A DNA stretch of 60,468 nucleotides from a virus (IMGVR_UViG_3300046786_000249:1-60468), one strand, 5' to 3'. Positions 26,847 to 36,935 are shown, counted from the first letter of the stretch. A program made the numbers and translations. The notes: generated from the letters alone by a model not told the origin.

Positions 26847-27061
26847 CAGAACCAGCCTTGCTTTTGGAGTTCCTCGAAGAGGTACATGTCGACGTCTTTT
26901 CCTGGGTCGACGTAGATCACCGCGTCCATGGTTGACGTGCGTACGCCATTTGGCATTGAGTCCGTCTTTTTGACGGTGTACTTCACACGACGAATTCCTC
27001 CGTCGAGCTCTTCAATTTCATGGATCTTGAATGGCTTAATCATATCGAGCGGCGTCTGCAA
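26846..27061 (-). CDS. Hypothetical protein
   Basis: 71-aa ORF coupled to the next gene; start could be ATG 27043. Confidence 0.6.
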   Translation of the reverse strand: MQTPLDMIKPFKIHEIEELDGGIRRVKYTVKKTDSMPNGVRTSTMDAVIYVDPGKDVDMYLFEELQKQGWF

Positions 27062-27959
27062 TGATGATTGGGGATGGGGTTAGGTTCAGGGACTCGTTTG
27101 AGTAAGGCCATGAGCCACCGGACCCGGAGTCGCCGCCGATCCCGATGCCAATCAAGTCGCTTTCCTTTGCGTACGTCCAGTTGCAGCCGAACGAAACGAT
27201 CACCCATCCCGCATGAATTTCGTTCCCAATTCGACGGATGCCTCCGCGGTAGAAAGACCAATAGGTCGACGTCCAGTAGTAGGTTCGCGACACGCCGCCG
27301 CAAACGCCTTTCGTGCTGATTCCGTCGCACTCGTCCTCGCTTGTGGAGAACGTGGCCTCACGCTCCGCCTGGGCGATCGAGGCAAACGAGTACATCGGCT
27401 TGGACGGAGCAATCGTTGGCGTGTAGACGTTGTACTGAGTGGGCGCGAACGCCTGTCCAGCGGATGTCGTGGTGGACCCGCAGTTCTTCGGATCAAGACC
27501 AAAGCCCAGAGCTGGCAGCGGATTGCTCGGCTGCTGAACCGTCAGACCACCAGAGATCGTCAACGGGCGTAGGCGCGAATCAAACGAGGGCGTTCCATCG
27601 TCTCGGTTCACGATGAAGCCATGGGACTCGGTGGCGGTCGATGCTCGAGGATCTGCGAAGACGTAGACCTCGGGGATGTCCTGGTTTGTTCCTGACTTCA
27701 GGACCTCGATCTCCCACACGTTTGATCCCAGGTATCGGATTGCGATGACGCCGTGAAAGTCAGTGGTCGGCATCGTGAAGAAAGGGAGGATGGGAACCGG
27801 GGACGTGACCCGATAGGCGAAGATCCGGCACCCGCCGTGAGTCTCAAACGTGTTGCGAGCCTCGTAGACCGGCGCCTTCCCGATGAAGTGCAGGTTGCGC
27901 GTGTCGCTCGAAACCAGGATCTGGTTGCTGTCGTTGACTGCAAGAAAGCCGCTGCTCAT
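27036..27959 (-). CDS. Tail-tip accessory / putative receptor-binding protein
   Basis: MSSGFLAVND start, internal HGFIVNRDDGTPSFDS repeat typical of tail-tip partners; Cys/aromatic-rich C-terminus. Confidence 0.6.
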   Translation of the reverse strand: MSSGFLAVNDSNQILVSSDTRNLHFIGKAPVYEARNTFETHGGCRIFAYRVTSPVPILPFFTMPTTDFHGVIAIRYLGSNVWEIEVLKSGTNQDIPEVYVFADPRASTATESHGFIVNRDDGTPSFDSRLRPLTISGGLTVQQPSNPLPALGFGLDPKNCGSTTTSAGQAFAPTQYNVYTPTIAPSKPMYSFASIAQAEREATFSTSEDECDGISTKGVCGGVSRTYYWTSTYWSFYRGGIRRIGNEIHAGWVIVSFGCNWTYAKESDLIGIGIGGDSGSGGSWPYSNESLNLTPSPIIIADAARYD

Positions 27960-28237
27960 CGCATCAGTACCAAAACAAAGGAGGCCTCAGAGCCTCCGGA
28001 AACGCTGACGTTCGTGCCGGTGACGCTTAGCGTGTGCGCGATTGCGCGACGATCGCTTGGAGGCGGGTCGACCATGATCTGAAAGACCATGACCTCTCGC
28101 CCATCCAGCACCGGGTACGTGTTGGACGCCGATGAGCCGCCCGCCACATAGAAGAAATCGACTTGGTTCCAGGTGACGTCTGCCGTCGAGTACGAAAGCG
28201 TCCCGTTGGCGTTGTAGACCTCGAGCCCGTAACTCAT
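27956..28237 (-). CDS. Small tail-tip accessory protein
   Basis: MSYGLEVYNANG start; follows the J-like fibre. Confidence 0.65.
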   Translation of the reverse strand: MSYGLEVYNANGTLSYSTADVTWNQVDFFYVAGGSSASNTYPVLDGREVMVFQIMVDPPPSDRRAIAHTLSVTGTNVSVSGGSEASFVLVLMR

Positions 28238-31200
28238 GCGTTCAGGTTCCCGATCTTCACGCGCAAGGTGCCGCTGGCGTCGTACACCTTGATCACCTCA
28301 TTGGTCATCGTGGTACGTGCCCCAGAGTTCACGCCGGAATTGATCGACAGGCTCGTTGCCTGAACGTCGCCGCGAGCGACGATGTTGTTTGCGACGATGC
28401 TGCCGTCTTTCTTGATTTCCCATCCGACACTGCCGTACGAGTACGACGGGTTCAGTTCGGTCTGAGTGCTCGCGACTTCGGCAATGTAAGGCTGCGTTGC
28501 ATAGACCGTGACGCCAGTTGTAGACGTCGGAAGGAATGGCCCGTAAAGATTGGAGTTTGGATGTGACGTAGCCGCAAAGAGCAAGATGACTGCGTTACAA
28601 GGCCTAACAACTCCGGTCCAGAAGTCGGTCACCGAGGTCGGAGCAGTTGAGAAGCCACCAATCTTCAGGAAGTCGGCAATGTTCTGATTGATGGGCGTCG
28701 AAACCGGATTGGCGATGTAGCCATCCGGAACCACGTCGTAGCTGTCAGCAATCAGTTGCGGCGAGACTGCGGAGACGGTGTTGTTGGAGGGGTCTACATA
28801 AGCCCAGTAGATCCACAACTTGACTCGAGCTAAGGTGTACTGAACGCGAAGCGAGATCTCGTACTTTTTCCCTGGGGTCACATAGACGAACGGAGATGCG
28901 ACGATGTTTGCAGCATTGACTGAGTTGGCTTCCGCGCCGGTCAGGGCAAAGAAGATTGACTGATAACCGGCGGGGGCGCCGTTCGCGGCAGAGACGACTG
29001 TCCCGGACACGTTGGTAACAAAGGAGGAGTCCTCGGATAGCCAGGTAGGGAAGACGCCAAACTTGTTTCCAGCAAACCCGGTCGAGCGAATCGTGTCGGC
29101 GATCTTTGCCGACGTGATGGTGGCGTCACCGATCCGAGCCGAGTTGATTGTTCCCGTGGTGATTGCCGCGGCATCGATGTTGGCAATCGAGGCCCCAATC
29201 GTGGCTACGTCGATGCGAGCTGCGTCGATGGTGCCGGTCGTGATCTTTGACGCATCCAGGCTCGCGATCTTGGCGTTGTCGATCGCGGCGTTGCCGATCT
29301 TGGCGTTGGTGATCGTGCCGTCACGGATGTAGGCGGCATCGATGTAGACGCCAGCAGGAAGCGTTTGACCGCCCACAACCTCGGAAGAGGTCTTGACCAC
29401 GAACGGGAGCGAGAAGGGCGTCGTCGTCCACCCCGGCAGATCCGGGTTGTAGTACTTCGTGACCTGGGCGGTCGTGTCGTACCAGACGTAGCCCTTGTAC
29501 AGGCCAGAGGTTGGCGCGGTCGCAGAAGAGACGGCCGGAGGCGCGACAAAGAACTCGCTGGCGCGTACGCCAAAGCGGCTGATGGCTGTTCCGTTGTTCA
29601 AGCTGGACGCCAGGCCGTAGCCAGACACATGGCCAGCCACATCGGTGGTGACGGTGTACTTGGCTTGCAGACCGGACACCGCGCTTGCAGACGTCGAGGC
29701 CTGAGTCTTGACCGATGCAAAGTCGCCAGTGTCCAGGCGCGACTGAATCGTGGTGATCAGGTTGGCGTTGGCGCTGTCGGCGTTTGCTCGGGCAGTGCTC
29801 TCTGCCAGGATCGCCGCGGCGTTGTTGCCGAAGGACGCGCCCAGGTTCGTGAGCTGGCTGGACAGGGCAGAGTCAGTCGTCGTGCGGGTGCTCAGCTCCT
29901 GCGAGATCGCGGCATTGGCCACGCCAACCGAGCTCGAGAGACCCGTTACCACCGTGCTGATCGCCTGGTCCTGGCTTGCTCGGGCCGACTGCTCAGCAAT
30001 GATCCCGGCGTTGTTGACCCCGAATAGGGCCGACATGGAAGTGTTCTGAGCCGCCAGGGACTGGGTGTCGGTCGTGCGGGCGAGCTGCTCTGCCGACAAT
30101 GCGGCTGCATTACTGCCAGTCGAAGCCGTAATGGAGGTGAGCTGACTCGACAAAGCCGAGTCCTGGTTGGCTCGAGCCGTCTGCTCGACCGTCAGGGCTG
30201 CGCCGTTGACCCCCAGAACCGAGGCCATGGACGTGACCTGGCTAGACAGGGCCGTGTTCTGGTCGGACCGGGTGGTCTGCTCTACCTGGAGGGCGGCAGA
30301 CGAGCTGCCAGCCTGAGCCGCCAAGGAAGTGACCTGGTTCGTCAGGGCGCCGTCAGCCGTGGCTCGGGTCGTTTGCTCGACCGAAAGCGCTGAGTTGTTG
30401 TTGCCCAGCGTAGAAGTCAGGCCGAGGAGCTGGCTGGACGTAGCCGAATCTGACGAGGCCCTTACAGTCTGTTCGTTGACGATTGCTGCCTGGTTGGCGC
30501 CAAAGCCTGCGACCAGGGTGGTGAGCTGCGTTGCCTGGGTGGCGTCTGCCGATGCCCGAGTGCTTTGCTCGACCAGGATCGAGGAGGTGTTCTCACCCGC
30601 CTTTGAGATCAGGGCGTAGATGTTCTCGGTGATCGCGGTGTCGCTCTCGATCCGAGCCGTCTGCTCCTGGTTGATGATCGCAATGAAGTCCTGGAAGTCT
30701 CCAGAGCTCGCGGCCACCAAGGTGTCAATCTGGGTCTGGAGGACTTCAATGTCCTCAGACCTGGAAAGAGCCTCCGCGGCAATCGCATTGATTCGGTTGC
30801 TGGCCTCGTTGGCAATCGCCGTGCTGCGGTTTGCAGCCTCAAGAGAGATCGCCGAGTTGATCGAGAGCTGCCGGAAGTTGGCTTCCTGCGCCAGGCGGTA
30901 GGCAACCGTGCCAACCGTGGTGGAGGGGCCGTCGATCAGGTCGATTCGCTGGGACAGATCCGTGTAGAGCTGGTCTTCGGTGATCTGATTGGTCAGGCTC
31001 TCGAGTACGAGCCCAGGATCCACCGCAGTCGCAGCCTCGGTGCCGTTGACGGCGTTGTACGGGCCAATGATGTTGGCCTGCGATACGAACCGAACCCAGT
31101 AGAACTTGGTCGCGCTGGCGCCAATGTTGTCGACGTGGAACTCTGTCGAGCTCGTCGCGACACGGACCGCACTGCCGATCACGTTGGTGTCGGCCCGCCA

Positions 31201-31560
31201 GATTTCGGTGTACGCCAGGTTGCGGATTGCCGGACGGGTCCATTGCAGGATCACCGTGGCGAACGCTCCTGTCGCAGTGAACCCCTCAGGACGGGGAGGG
31301 GTCGTCAGATCCGTGGTGGGGTCGTAGCCGTCCGGGTCCACCCAAACGGGCAGAACGGGCACAGTCCGATTGGCCTGAGAGGCAGGGCTTGCCGTCACCA
31401 GACCAGCCTTAACGATGTCCCGGAAGGTGACGTTAGCGTCCAGCGGGTCGCCGATCTTCCCTTCCCTGGTGTCCAGGATCATCTTGACCGCGCTGACGAC
31501 CTCCTTGAGGTTCGTCAGGCTTACGGCCGGGATCGATGGGACTTTGGTCTCGTCGCTCAT
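28234..31560 (-). CDS. Tail spike/fibre, host-specificity J-like
   Basis: FN3-like segment (ILQW...EIWR...YWVRFV), long ~32-aa EQTTRA repeats, DUF1983-like GHVSGYGL...FGVRASEF, C-terminal IKVYDASGTLRVKIGNL. Confidence 0.8.
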   Translation of the reverse strand: MSDETKVPSIPAVSLTNLKEVVSAVKMILDTREGKIGDPLDANVTFRDIVKAGLVTASPASQANRTVPVLPVWVDPDGYDPTTDLTTPPRPEGFTATGAFATVILQWTRPAIRNLAYTEIWRADTNVIGSAVRVATSSTEFHVDNIGASATKFYWVRFVSQANIIGPYNAVNGTEAATAVDPGLVLESLTNQITEDQLYTDLSQRIDLIDGPSTTVGTVAYRLAQEANFRQLSINSAISLEAANRSTAIANEASNRINAIAAEALSRSEDIEVLQTQIDTLVAASSGDFQDFIAIINQEQTARIESDTAITENIYALISKAGENTSSILVEQSTRASADATQATQLTTLVAGFGANQAAIVNEQTVRASSDSATSSQLLGLTSTLGNNNSALSVEQTTRATADGALTNQVTSLAAQAGSSSAALQVEQTTRSDQNTALSSQVTSMASVLGVNGAALTVEQTARANQDSALSSQLTSITASTGSNAAALSAEQLARTTDTQSLAAQNTSMSALFGVNNAGIIAEQSARASQDQAISTVVTGLSSSVGVANAAISQELSTRTTTDSALSSQLTNLGASFGNNAAAILAESTARANADSANANLITTIQSRLDTGDFASVKTQASTSASAVSGLQAKYTVTTDVAGHVSGYGLASSLNNGTAISRFGVRASEFFVAPPAVSSATAPTSGLYKGYVWYDTTAQVTKYYNPDLPGWTTTPFSLPFVVKTSSEVVGGQTLPAGVYIDAAYIRDGTITNAKIGNAAIDNAKIASLDASKITTGTIDAARIDVATIGASIANIDAAAITTGTINSARIGDATITSAKIADTIRSTGFAGNKFGVFPTWLSEDSSFVTNVSGTVVSAANGAPAGYQSIFFALTGAEANSVNAANIVASPFVYVTPGKKYEISLRVQYTLARVKLWIYWAYVDPSNNTVSAVSPQLIADSYDVVPDGYIANPVSTPINQNIADFLKIGGFSTAPTSVTDFWTGVVRPCNAVILLFAATSHPNSNLYGPFLPTSTTGVTVYATQPYIAEVASTQTELNPSYSYGSVGWEIKKDGSIVANNIVARGDVQATSLSINSGVNSGARTTMTNEVIKVYDASGTLRVKIGNLNA

Positions 31561-33179
31561 GAGGCGCGAAGCTCCTCAACGGACGTCGAGATGCAGGCCT
31601 GAGTGACTCGGGTTTCGGCGACGACCTCAAACGACCAGTCGGTTGCACGGAACCCGCCCAGAAGCCGGAAGGCGTTGTTGTCGGTGACGGTCTTCTGAGT
31701 CTTCAGGGCCCCATCGGCGTAGACCCGCATGGTCACCGGGTAGGTGTCGGCAATGACTTGCCCAACACCCATGTTGATCGGGAACGGCATGCGGAACGTC
31801 TTGGACCGCCAGGTGAACGTCATGTTCGAACCGGAGTCAAAGGCAACAATGTTGCCCTGCTGAGCCAGGTACAGGGTGTCCGTGCGCGGATCGGTGTGAG
31901 CTGCGGTGACAGCGTTCGCCACATGAGCATCGTGCGATACGAGCTTGGCGCCTTGCCCCGAGAAGTCAAAGATCAACGTGCCGCGAGTGCCGTTGGTCTT
32001 GGTAAAGAAGCAGTGGTAGCGACCGTCGTGGATCACGCCGCGCATGCTCGAGGGGTTGTACTCGAGCCATTGCTTGCGGCTCAGAAGACCCGCCGTTACC
32101 ACATTCATGCCGCCAGAGCCGATCATCACCAGGCCGTCAGGAGAGGCGTACAGGACGCCTTCCAGGGTCTCGGCGATCGAAGCCTTGGACATGCAGGCCT
32201 GAGGCGTCTTCAAGTCCTCGAAGCTGGCAGCAGCCGGGTCCAGGACGTTGGCGATGTACGGCAGGCCATCCGTCAGGACGACGGCGGTCTGGCCATAGAC
32301 GCCGATGCCAACGATCTTGTAGTTGATCGGGTAGGCGTGTGGCCAGGCATGCGGAAGGTTGGGCTCGCACATGTAGATCGTGTTCTCAACGAACCCAATC
32401 GAGATGCCGTTGGCCATGGCCTTCAGGCCCTTGAGGGCAGCAGGAGGCGCAACCCAATCGACGGAGGGTAGGGTTTCCCCTAACCCAGCCTGGTTGTACG
32501 GATCCGTCTTCTCAGTGGTGGCAACGGGGATCTCCTTCCAGAACTGGAAGTTCGCCGAGCTGCCGACGGTCGAAGAGACGTAGATCCGCTTGAGCGTGAT
32601 GTTGTAGTCGCCACTCGGGGCGGCGGACATGCCGCTTACAGTGATCGACTGATCCGGGTCTACCGTCAGAACGTCCGAGGCTGGGGAGGGCGGGCCTTCC
32701 TCGCCGTAGGCCGTGACGTAGGTGTAGACCACCGTCAGGGTCACCGACTTTGCCGCAGCATTGGGCTGCGTACCGTTCAGGCTGGCCTTTGCCGCCGGAG
32801 CAGGAACGCCGAGCTTGTAGCTGGCGCCAGGGTAGGAGCTGCCAGAGACGATCAGGCTGTTGGGCGCGTAGCGCACGTCCGTGCCGTTGGACCAGTACAG
32901 CATCCCGTACTGGTTGTCGGCGATCGGGGAGCGCATGACGTCCGTGTCGTCGGTGAACTCGAGCCAGTACTCGGTCGGGTCCGACGAGTTGCCGTAGCGG
33001 TAGATCGTCTTGGGGTTGGTCTTGGTGAGAGCTTTCAGCGTGGTCCAGGTTTGAACCGGCTGGATGGCGCCAGAGACCAGTCGAAGGTTCTTGGCGACCG
33101 TTGCCGCGCCCTGATCAAGCAGGACGGGGTCGGCAATAGGTTTTAGTCCATCAAAGGCTTTGACGGCGGCTGTTGGCAT
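31557..33179 (-). CDS. Tail nozzle / packaged-DNA stabilisation protein
   Basis: YTYVTAYGEEGPPS, EPNLPHAWP, YASPDGLV and FTWRSKTF motifs; beta-rich, 540 aa. Confidence 0.75.
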   Translation of the reverse strand: MPTAAVKAFDGLKPIADPVLLDQGAATVAKNLRLVSGAIQPVQTWTTLKALTKTNPKTIYRYGNSSDPTEYWLEFTDDTDVMRSPIADNQYGMLYWSNGTDVRYAPNSLIVSGSSYPGASYKLGVPAPAAKASLNGTQPNAAAKSVTLTVVYTYVTAYGEEGPPSPASDVLTVDPDQSITVSGMSAAPSGDYNITLKRIYVSSTVGSSANFQFWKEIPVATTEKTDPYNQAGLGETLPSVDWVAPPAALKGLKAMANGISIGFVENTIYMCEPNLPHAWPHAYPINYKIVGIGVYGQTAVVLTDGLPYIANVLDPAAASFEDLKTPQACMSKASIAETLEGVLYASPDGLVMIGSGGMNVVTAGLLSRKQWLEYNPSSMRGVIHDGRYHCFFTKTNGTRGTLIFDFSGQGAKLVSHDAHVANAVTAAHTDPRTDTLYLAQQGNIVAFDSGSNMTFTWRSKTFRMPFPINMGVGQVIADTYPVTMRVYADGALKTQKTVTDNNAFRLLGGFRATDWSFEVVAETRVTQACISTSVEELRAS

Positions 33180-33189
33180 ATCACTCGCC

Positions 33190-33807
33190 TCAGCCGTTGG
33201 AGATGCACAGGAAGGTCACGCCGCCAGAGACAACGGTCGAGCCGATGGTCGTCGGCCAGCTTGGTGCGCTACCGCCAGAAGTGCCGCCAGAAGTAACCAG
33301 GAACTCAGCGGTGGAGCCGCCGTTGGGCCTGACCACCTGGCCAGCCGAGTAGCCGGTTGTGGTCCCGAAAGTCAGAATGCTGAAGAACTTGTCGATGGCC
33401 ATAAGTGTGGCCGAGCCGCTCACCGTGGTGGCACCAATCGTGGTGTTGTAGGTCGGCTCGGTAGACCCGGTGGTTCCGGCGGCAGTCACGACGTACAGGC
33501 GGTTGCCGGGAGAGACCGGAGCGACTCGCAGGCCAGCGGTAAGAGCCGTGTTGGCGAACCACATGGAGTACGGCTCGATGGCTTGCTTGGTCGTCTGAAC
33601 AGACCAGTTGCCGTTCGTGATCACGCCACTGGCACTGGGTGCGCCAGCAAGCAGCTCGCCAAGGGAGAGTTGACCAAAGGCTCCAGCCGCGCCGCCAGCG
33701 GACGTCAAGAGTTCAGAGTCAGTGAGGGACGTCTGTCCGGGGAAATCAAGGGTCACCGTGAACGTTTTGGTCTTGGTGAACGTGATTCGCGCAGTTGTTT
33801 TTGCCAT
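33190..33807 (-). CDS. Putative structural protein with two carbohydrate-binding-like repeats
   Basis: AGTTGSTEPTYNTTIGATTVSG and GGTSGGSAPSWPTTIGSTVVSGG. Confidence 0.6.
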   Translation of the reverse strand: MAKTTARITFTKTKTFTVTLDFPGQTSLTDSELLTSAGGAAGAFGQLSLGELLAGAPSASGVITNGNWSVQTTKQAIEPYSMWFANTALTAGLRVAPVSPGNRLYVVTAAGTTGSTEPTYNTTIGATTVSGSATLMAIDKFFSILTFGTTTGYSAGQVVRPNGGSTAEFLVTSGGTSGGSAPSWPTTIGSTVVSGGVTFLCISNG

Positions 33808-33851
33808 TGTTCGCTCCGGTGCGCTTTGCTTAGGTGATCATAATTGGGGCT

Positions 33852-34577
33852 TCATGCCGTGATTGGCTGGCCATTGATGGACGCGAGCACTGCGTTGAAG
33901 CGCTTTTCGCGGTCAGGAAGACCGATCGTGCCGCCGTTGATTCGCTTGGTCAGGTTGCAGAAATCGACCTTCAGAGAGTCCTTGGTGCAAGACACGCCGT
34001 CGATGATCTGACCGCACCCGTTGGACGCCCAGAACCACGCCGCCGAACGAGCCGCGTACTCGGGCTGGAGAAGCAGATCCGGGTTGGACACGAAGTCCAC
34101 GCCGAGGGCTCTGCCACACCGGGTCACATTGTCTTTGCCGGTCAACTGCTTCAGGCCGCGCCCGCGGTACTTCCAACCCTCACCAGACTCGGTCGGGCCG
34201 TTGCCCATACGGCTGGCGTAGACGACGTTGGCGATGGCCTCCGGCTTGCGCTCCAGGGCCAGGGCGAACTTGTTGGGGATCAGGGCGCCCTTGGCATCGC
34301 GCTTGGGGCGGGTCTTGCCGGGTTTGGAAGGGTCAGGCTCCACCTCTGCGAAGCGGCCTGGCCAGCACACCGCCATGATGGTTGCGCGGTAGTTCAGGTT
34401 CTCCTCGAGCAGGGTGTAGCCACCCGACTCATGAGCCGTCTGAGCCAGCCAACCAGCCACCTGGTTTGGCGTGTCAATCTTGAACTCCTCCAGGGCCTTG
34501 CAGACCCACGGATACCAGGCCTCGGCGACGCTGCGCTTGATGCCAGCCGCCACCATGTTCTCGATGGTCGGCTTCAT
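33852..34577 (-). CDS. Endolysin, glycoside hydrolase family 19
   Basis: LAQTAHESGG...EENLNY, YRGRGLKQLTGK and TKRINGG motifs. Confidence 0.92.
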   Translation of the reverse strand: MKPTIENMVAAGIKRSVAEAWYPWVCKALEEFKIDTPNQVAGWLAQTAHESGGYTLLEENLNYRATIMAVCWPGRFAEVEPDPSKPGKTRPKRDAKGALIPNKFALALERKPEAIANVVYASRMGNGPTESGEGWKYRGRGLKQLTGKDNVTRCGRALGVDFVSNPDLLLQPEYAARSAAWFWASNGCGQIIDGVSCTKDSLKVDFCNLTKRINGGTIGLPDREKRFNAVLASINGQPITA

Positions 34578-35053
34578 TTCTTGTCGTCCTTCATGCGGCT
34601 ACCCTGGCTCGAGCCCAGCAGGAACGCGAACATGGACGTGACGATGGTGCCCATCACGTAGCCCAGGATCGTGTCGGCGTAGCGAGTGCCAGACTCAGGG
34701 ATCGGCGCCCAAATCAGGGACGGAATGAACCCCACCGCAAACACAGACCAGAAGGCGATGAAGATGTAGACGAAGCGCCGAACGAGCGGGTCATCAGACT
34801 TCATTGCGGCCATCTGCATGTCGGTGGCTCGCTGGCGGGACTTCTCGTCCAGCTCCGCCATGAACTCTTCGTGCTTCATGGCCTCGGCCTGGACCTTGGC
34901 GTAGTCGTCCTTGGTCATCTGACCTTCGGGCTTGAGCTCGACGCCCAGCTTCTCCTGGACGGCGTCGACACCCTTCTCGATGACGGCGTCTGCAACCTTG
35001 TGCATGCCGTTACTGATCAGACCGGAAACGATGGATGCGATTACTGGCAACAT
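34574..35053 (-). CDS. Holin-like membrane protein
   Basis: Amphipathic N-terminus, two C-terminal TM segments ending FLLGSSQGS. Confidence 0.7.
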   Translation of the reverse strand: MLPVIASIVSGLISNGMHKVADAVIEKGVDAVQEKLGVELKPEGQMTKDDYAKVQAEAMKHEEFMAELDEKSRQRATDMQMAAMKSDDPLVRRFVYIFIAFWSVFAVGFIPSLIWAPIPESGTRYADTILGYVMGTIVTSMFAFLLGSSQGSRMKDDKK

Positions 35054-35352
35054 TATTTGCCCTCCTTGCCGTCATTCTGGGTGGGGGTCTCTGGTTCTGG
35101 GGGCTTGCTCATCATGTCCTTGATGGCGTCTTTGCCCTTGATGGCGAGCAGGGTGCCTAAGCTGCCCAGGATGTACTTGCTCATGTCTGACAGCAGGAAG
35201 AAGAACTGCTTGTCAGCGGGCGCGATGGCGTTCATGGGCTGGGGAACAAACACCAAGCTGTACATGGACAGGAACACCATGCAGACGATCGTCATGCAGA
35301 AGGTGACTGTGATCAGTAGCTTGATAATTCCTTCGATCTTGTCGTTGTTCAT
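35053..35352 (-). CDS. Two-TM membrane protein (holin/antiholin candidate)
   Basis: Two hydrophobic segments and a charged tail. Confidence 0.65.
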   Translation of the reverse strand: MNNDKIEGIIKLLITVTFCMTIVCMVFLSMYSLVFVPQPMNAIAPADKQFFFLLSDMSKYILGSLGTLLAIKGKDAIKDMMSKPPEPETPTQNDGKEGK

Positions 35353-35528
35353 CGGGTATCACCTTTCATTTCTTCTGGCTTGATTAGCTGGTCAGGGCAC
35401 TCCTGAGTGATTGCACATTGAGGGCGCTGGCATCGCGGGGAATCCCAGTTCGCCGGGTCTTGGCATGGGTAACGGAAACGGTCCTGGCAACCCATGAGAG
35501 CCAGCACCAACAAAACAGTCCACTTCAC
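35349..35528 (-). CDS. Lipoprotein, o-spanin candidate (59 aa; not in ORF track)
   Basis: GTG start; MKWTVLLVLALMG-C lipobox, then QDRFRYPCQDPANWDSPRCQRPQCAITQECPDQ. Confidence 0.75.
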   Translation of the reverse strand: MKWTVLLVLALMGCQDRFRYPCQDPANWDSPRCQRPQCAITQECPDQLIKPEEMKGDTR

Positions 35529-35529
35529 A

Positions 35530-35691
35530 TCAATCCTTTCCGCACCCGCTTTCCCACCGGCGCTTTAGTTCATTTACCTTCCTCTCGATGATCACGTTCT
35601 TGGATCTCTCAGTCCGGTAGTCCATGTAGAGGAACCCGCCGAACGTGAGGGCCAAGATCAAGATCACGATCATGATCACGTTGCCCACCAT
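35530..35691 (-). CDS. Small N-terminal-TM protein, i-spanin candidate
   Basis: MVGNVIMIVILILALTFGGFLY followed by a short helical tail; directly precedes the lipoprotein. Confidence 0.55.
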   Translation of the reverse strand: MVGNVIMIVILILALTFGGFLYMDYRTERSKNVIIERKVNELKRRWESGCGKD

Positions 35692-36365
35692 AGAGAGAGC
35701 AAGCCCTCTCTGTGCCGCACGATTGCCCAGAGCAGCAGCATCACGTACACCAACACCACTGTTACTCCGCCCGACCATGTGGCAATCCCCCAATAGAAGT
35801 CCGTTAGCTGTCGGCGCTCCGCCTCCTGCTGCTGACGTTTTATCCGCAAGCGTTCCCACGCTTGCTTTTGCTCTCGGCCGATCTGCTCTCGCATCACTTC
35901 AAAGCGAGACCAGAGGTCTTTGAGCTCAGGAGGGGACTGATAGATCATCAGTTCCTTGATCTCCTGCTGCATGATCTGCAAGCGCGACCGGATCAACACA
36001 CGGCTCAACGCTCGCTTGCTCACGGACTCGGAACCTTCGTACACCTCAAGGGCGTGACGCTCCTCTTCGTAGAAGAGCTGCTCGATCTTGTCGAACGCGT
36101 CGAAGAAGTCTCCGAGCTGGTTGCCGATACGCGAGATGACGTCGTTGGGGTCGGTGGTCGCCGCCTCCTTGAACTCCGCCTTTTTCTCAGCGATCTTTTC
36201 GGCCTGAGCCTTGGTTACCTTTCTTCCAGCAAACTGCTTGTCGATGTCCTTGAGAACTGCGCTGACGTCGCCAGCAGCGCTCTTGATGTCCTTGTAAAGC
36301 TGGCAACCCTTCTTGACGGCGGCAACTGCGCCGTTGGCCATCGCAAGAAGGGTGAGCGGATCCAC
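35676..36365 (-). CDS. Coiled-coil protein with C-terminal TM, in lysis cluster
   Basis: (M)DPLTLLAMAN start at GTG 36365; C-terminal VTVVLVYVMLLLWAIV. Confidence 0.7.
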   Translation of the reverse strand: MDPLTLLAMANGAVAAVKKGCQLYKDIKSAAGDVSAVLKDIDKQFAGRKVTKAQAEKIAEKKAEFKEAATTDPNDVISRIGNQLGDFFDAFDKIEQLFYEEERHALEVYEGSESVSKRALSRVLIRSRLQIMQQEIKELMIYQSPPELKDLWSRFEVMREQIGREQKQAWERLRIKRQQQEAERRQLTDFYWGIATWSGGVTVVLVYVMLLLWAIVRHREGLLSLWWAT

Positions 36366-36366
36366 A

Positions 36367-36579
36367 TCAGAAGTGGAACAGCTTCTTGAAGAACTCGGCC
36401 CCGGCACCAGGGCCAAGGAGCACGATCACCATCACGACGTACAGCAAGTACTCGATCTTGGTCATGCGCTTGTCGCCCTTCTCGAGCGACGAGCACATCT
36501 GCGTGTAACGCTCGGCGCAGACGGCCTCATGTGACATGAGCTTCGCCTCCGCCTTGCTGACCATTTCCTGTTCGCCCAT
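36367..36579 (-). CDS. XhlA-like small membrane protein
   Basis: HEAVCAERY...RMTKIEYLLYVVMVIVLL. Confidence 0.65.
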   Translation of the reverse strand: MGEQEMVSKAEAKLMSHEAVCAERYTQMCSSLEKGDKRMTKIEYLLYVVMVIVLLGPGAGAEFFKKLFHF

Positions 36580-36935
36580 CACGCACCTTGCGGGGCCTCA
36601 GGAGCTGGAGCCCAAGGCAGAGGTTTGCCAGCCAGAGCTGCTTCCGCAGCCATGCGCGTAGCGATCATTGCGGTGTGAGCCTTCATGCCAGGCAGCTTGC
36701 CTTCAGGGGTGTCCTCGATGGCGTTCACCCAGTCGATGACTTGCTGCTGGCTGAGCTGCGAGTAGGGGGTGAAGTTCTGAGCGTCGACAGGACCCATAGT
36801 GGTCTTACCGGGTAGCTCAAAGACGCTGCCGTCAACGTCGGCGGAGAGGACCCACTCGACCTGGGTCAAGATGTCGGTCAAGCCGCCTTCGTCGCGGGTG
36901 CGAGCGGCGGAAATGCGAAGATTGAATGTGGTCAT
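36579..36935 (-). CDS. Tail-fibre-associated protein
   Basis: FTPYSQLSQQQVIDWV...LPW motif; position after the fibre. Confidence 0.65.
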   Translation of the reverse strand: MTTFNLRISAARTRDEGGLTDILTQVEWVLSADVDGSVFELPGKTTMGPVDAQNFTPYSQLSQQQVIDWVNAIEDTPEGKLPGMKAHTAMIATRMAAEAALAGKPLPWAPAPEAPQGA

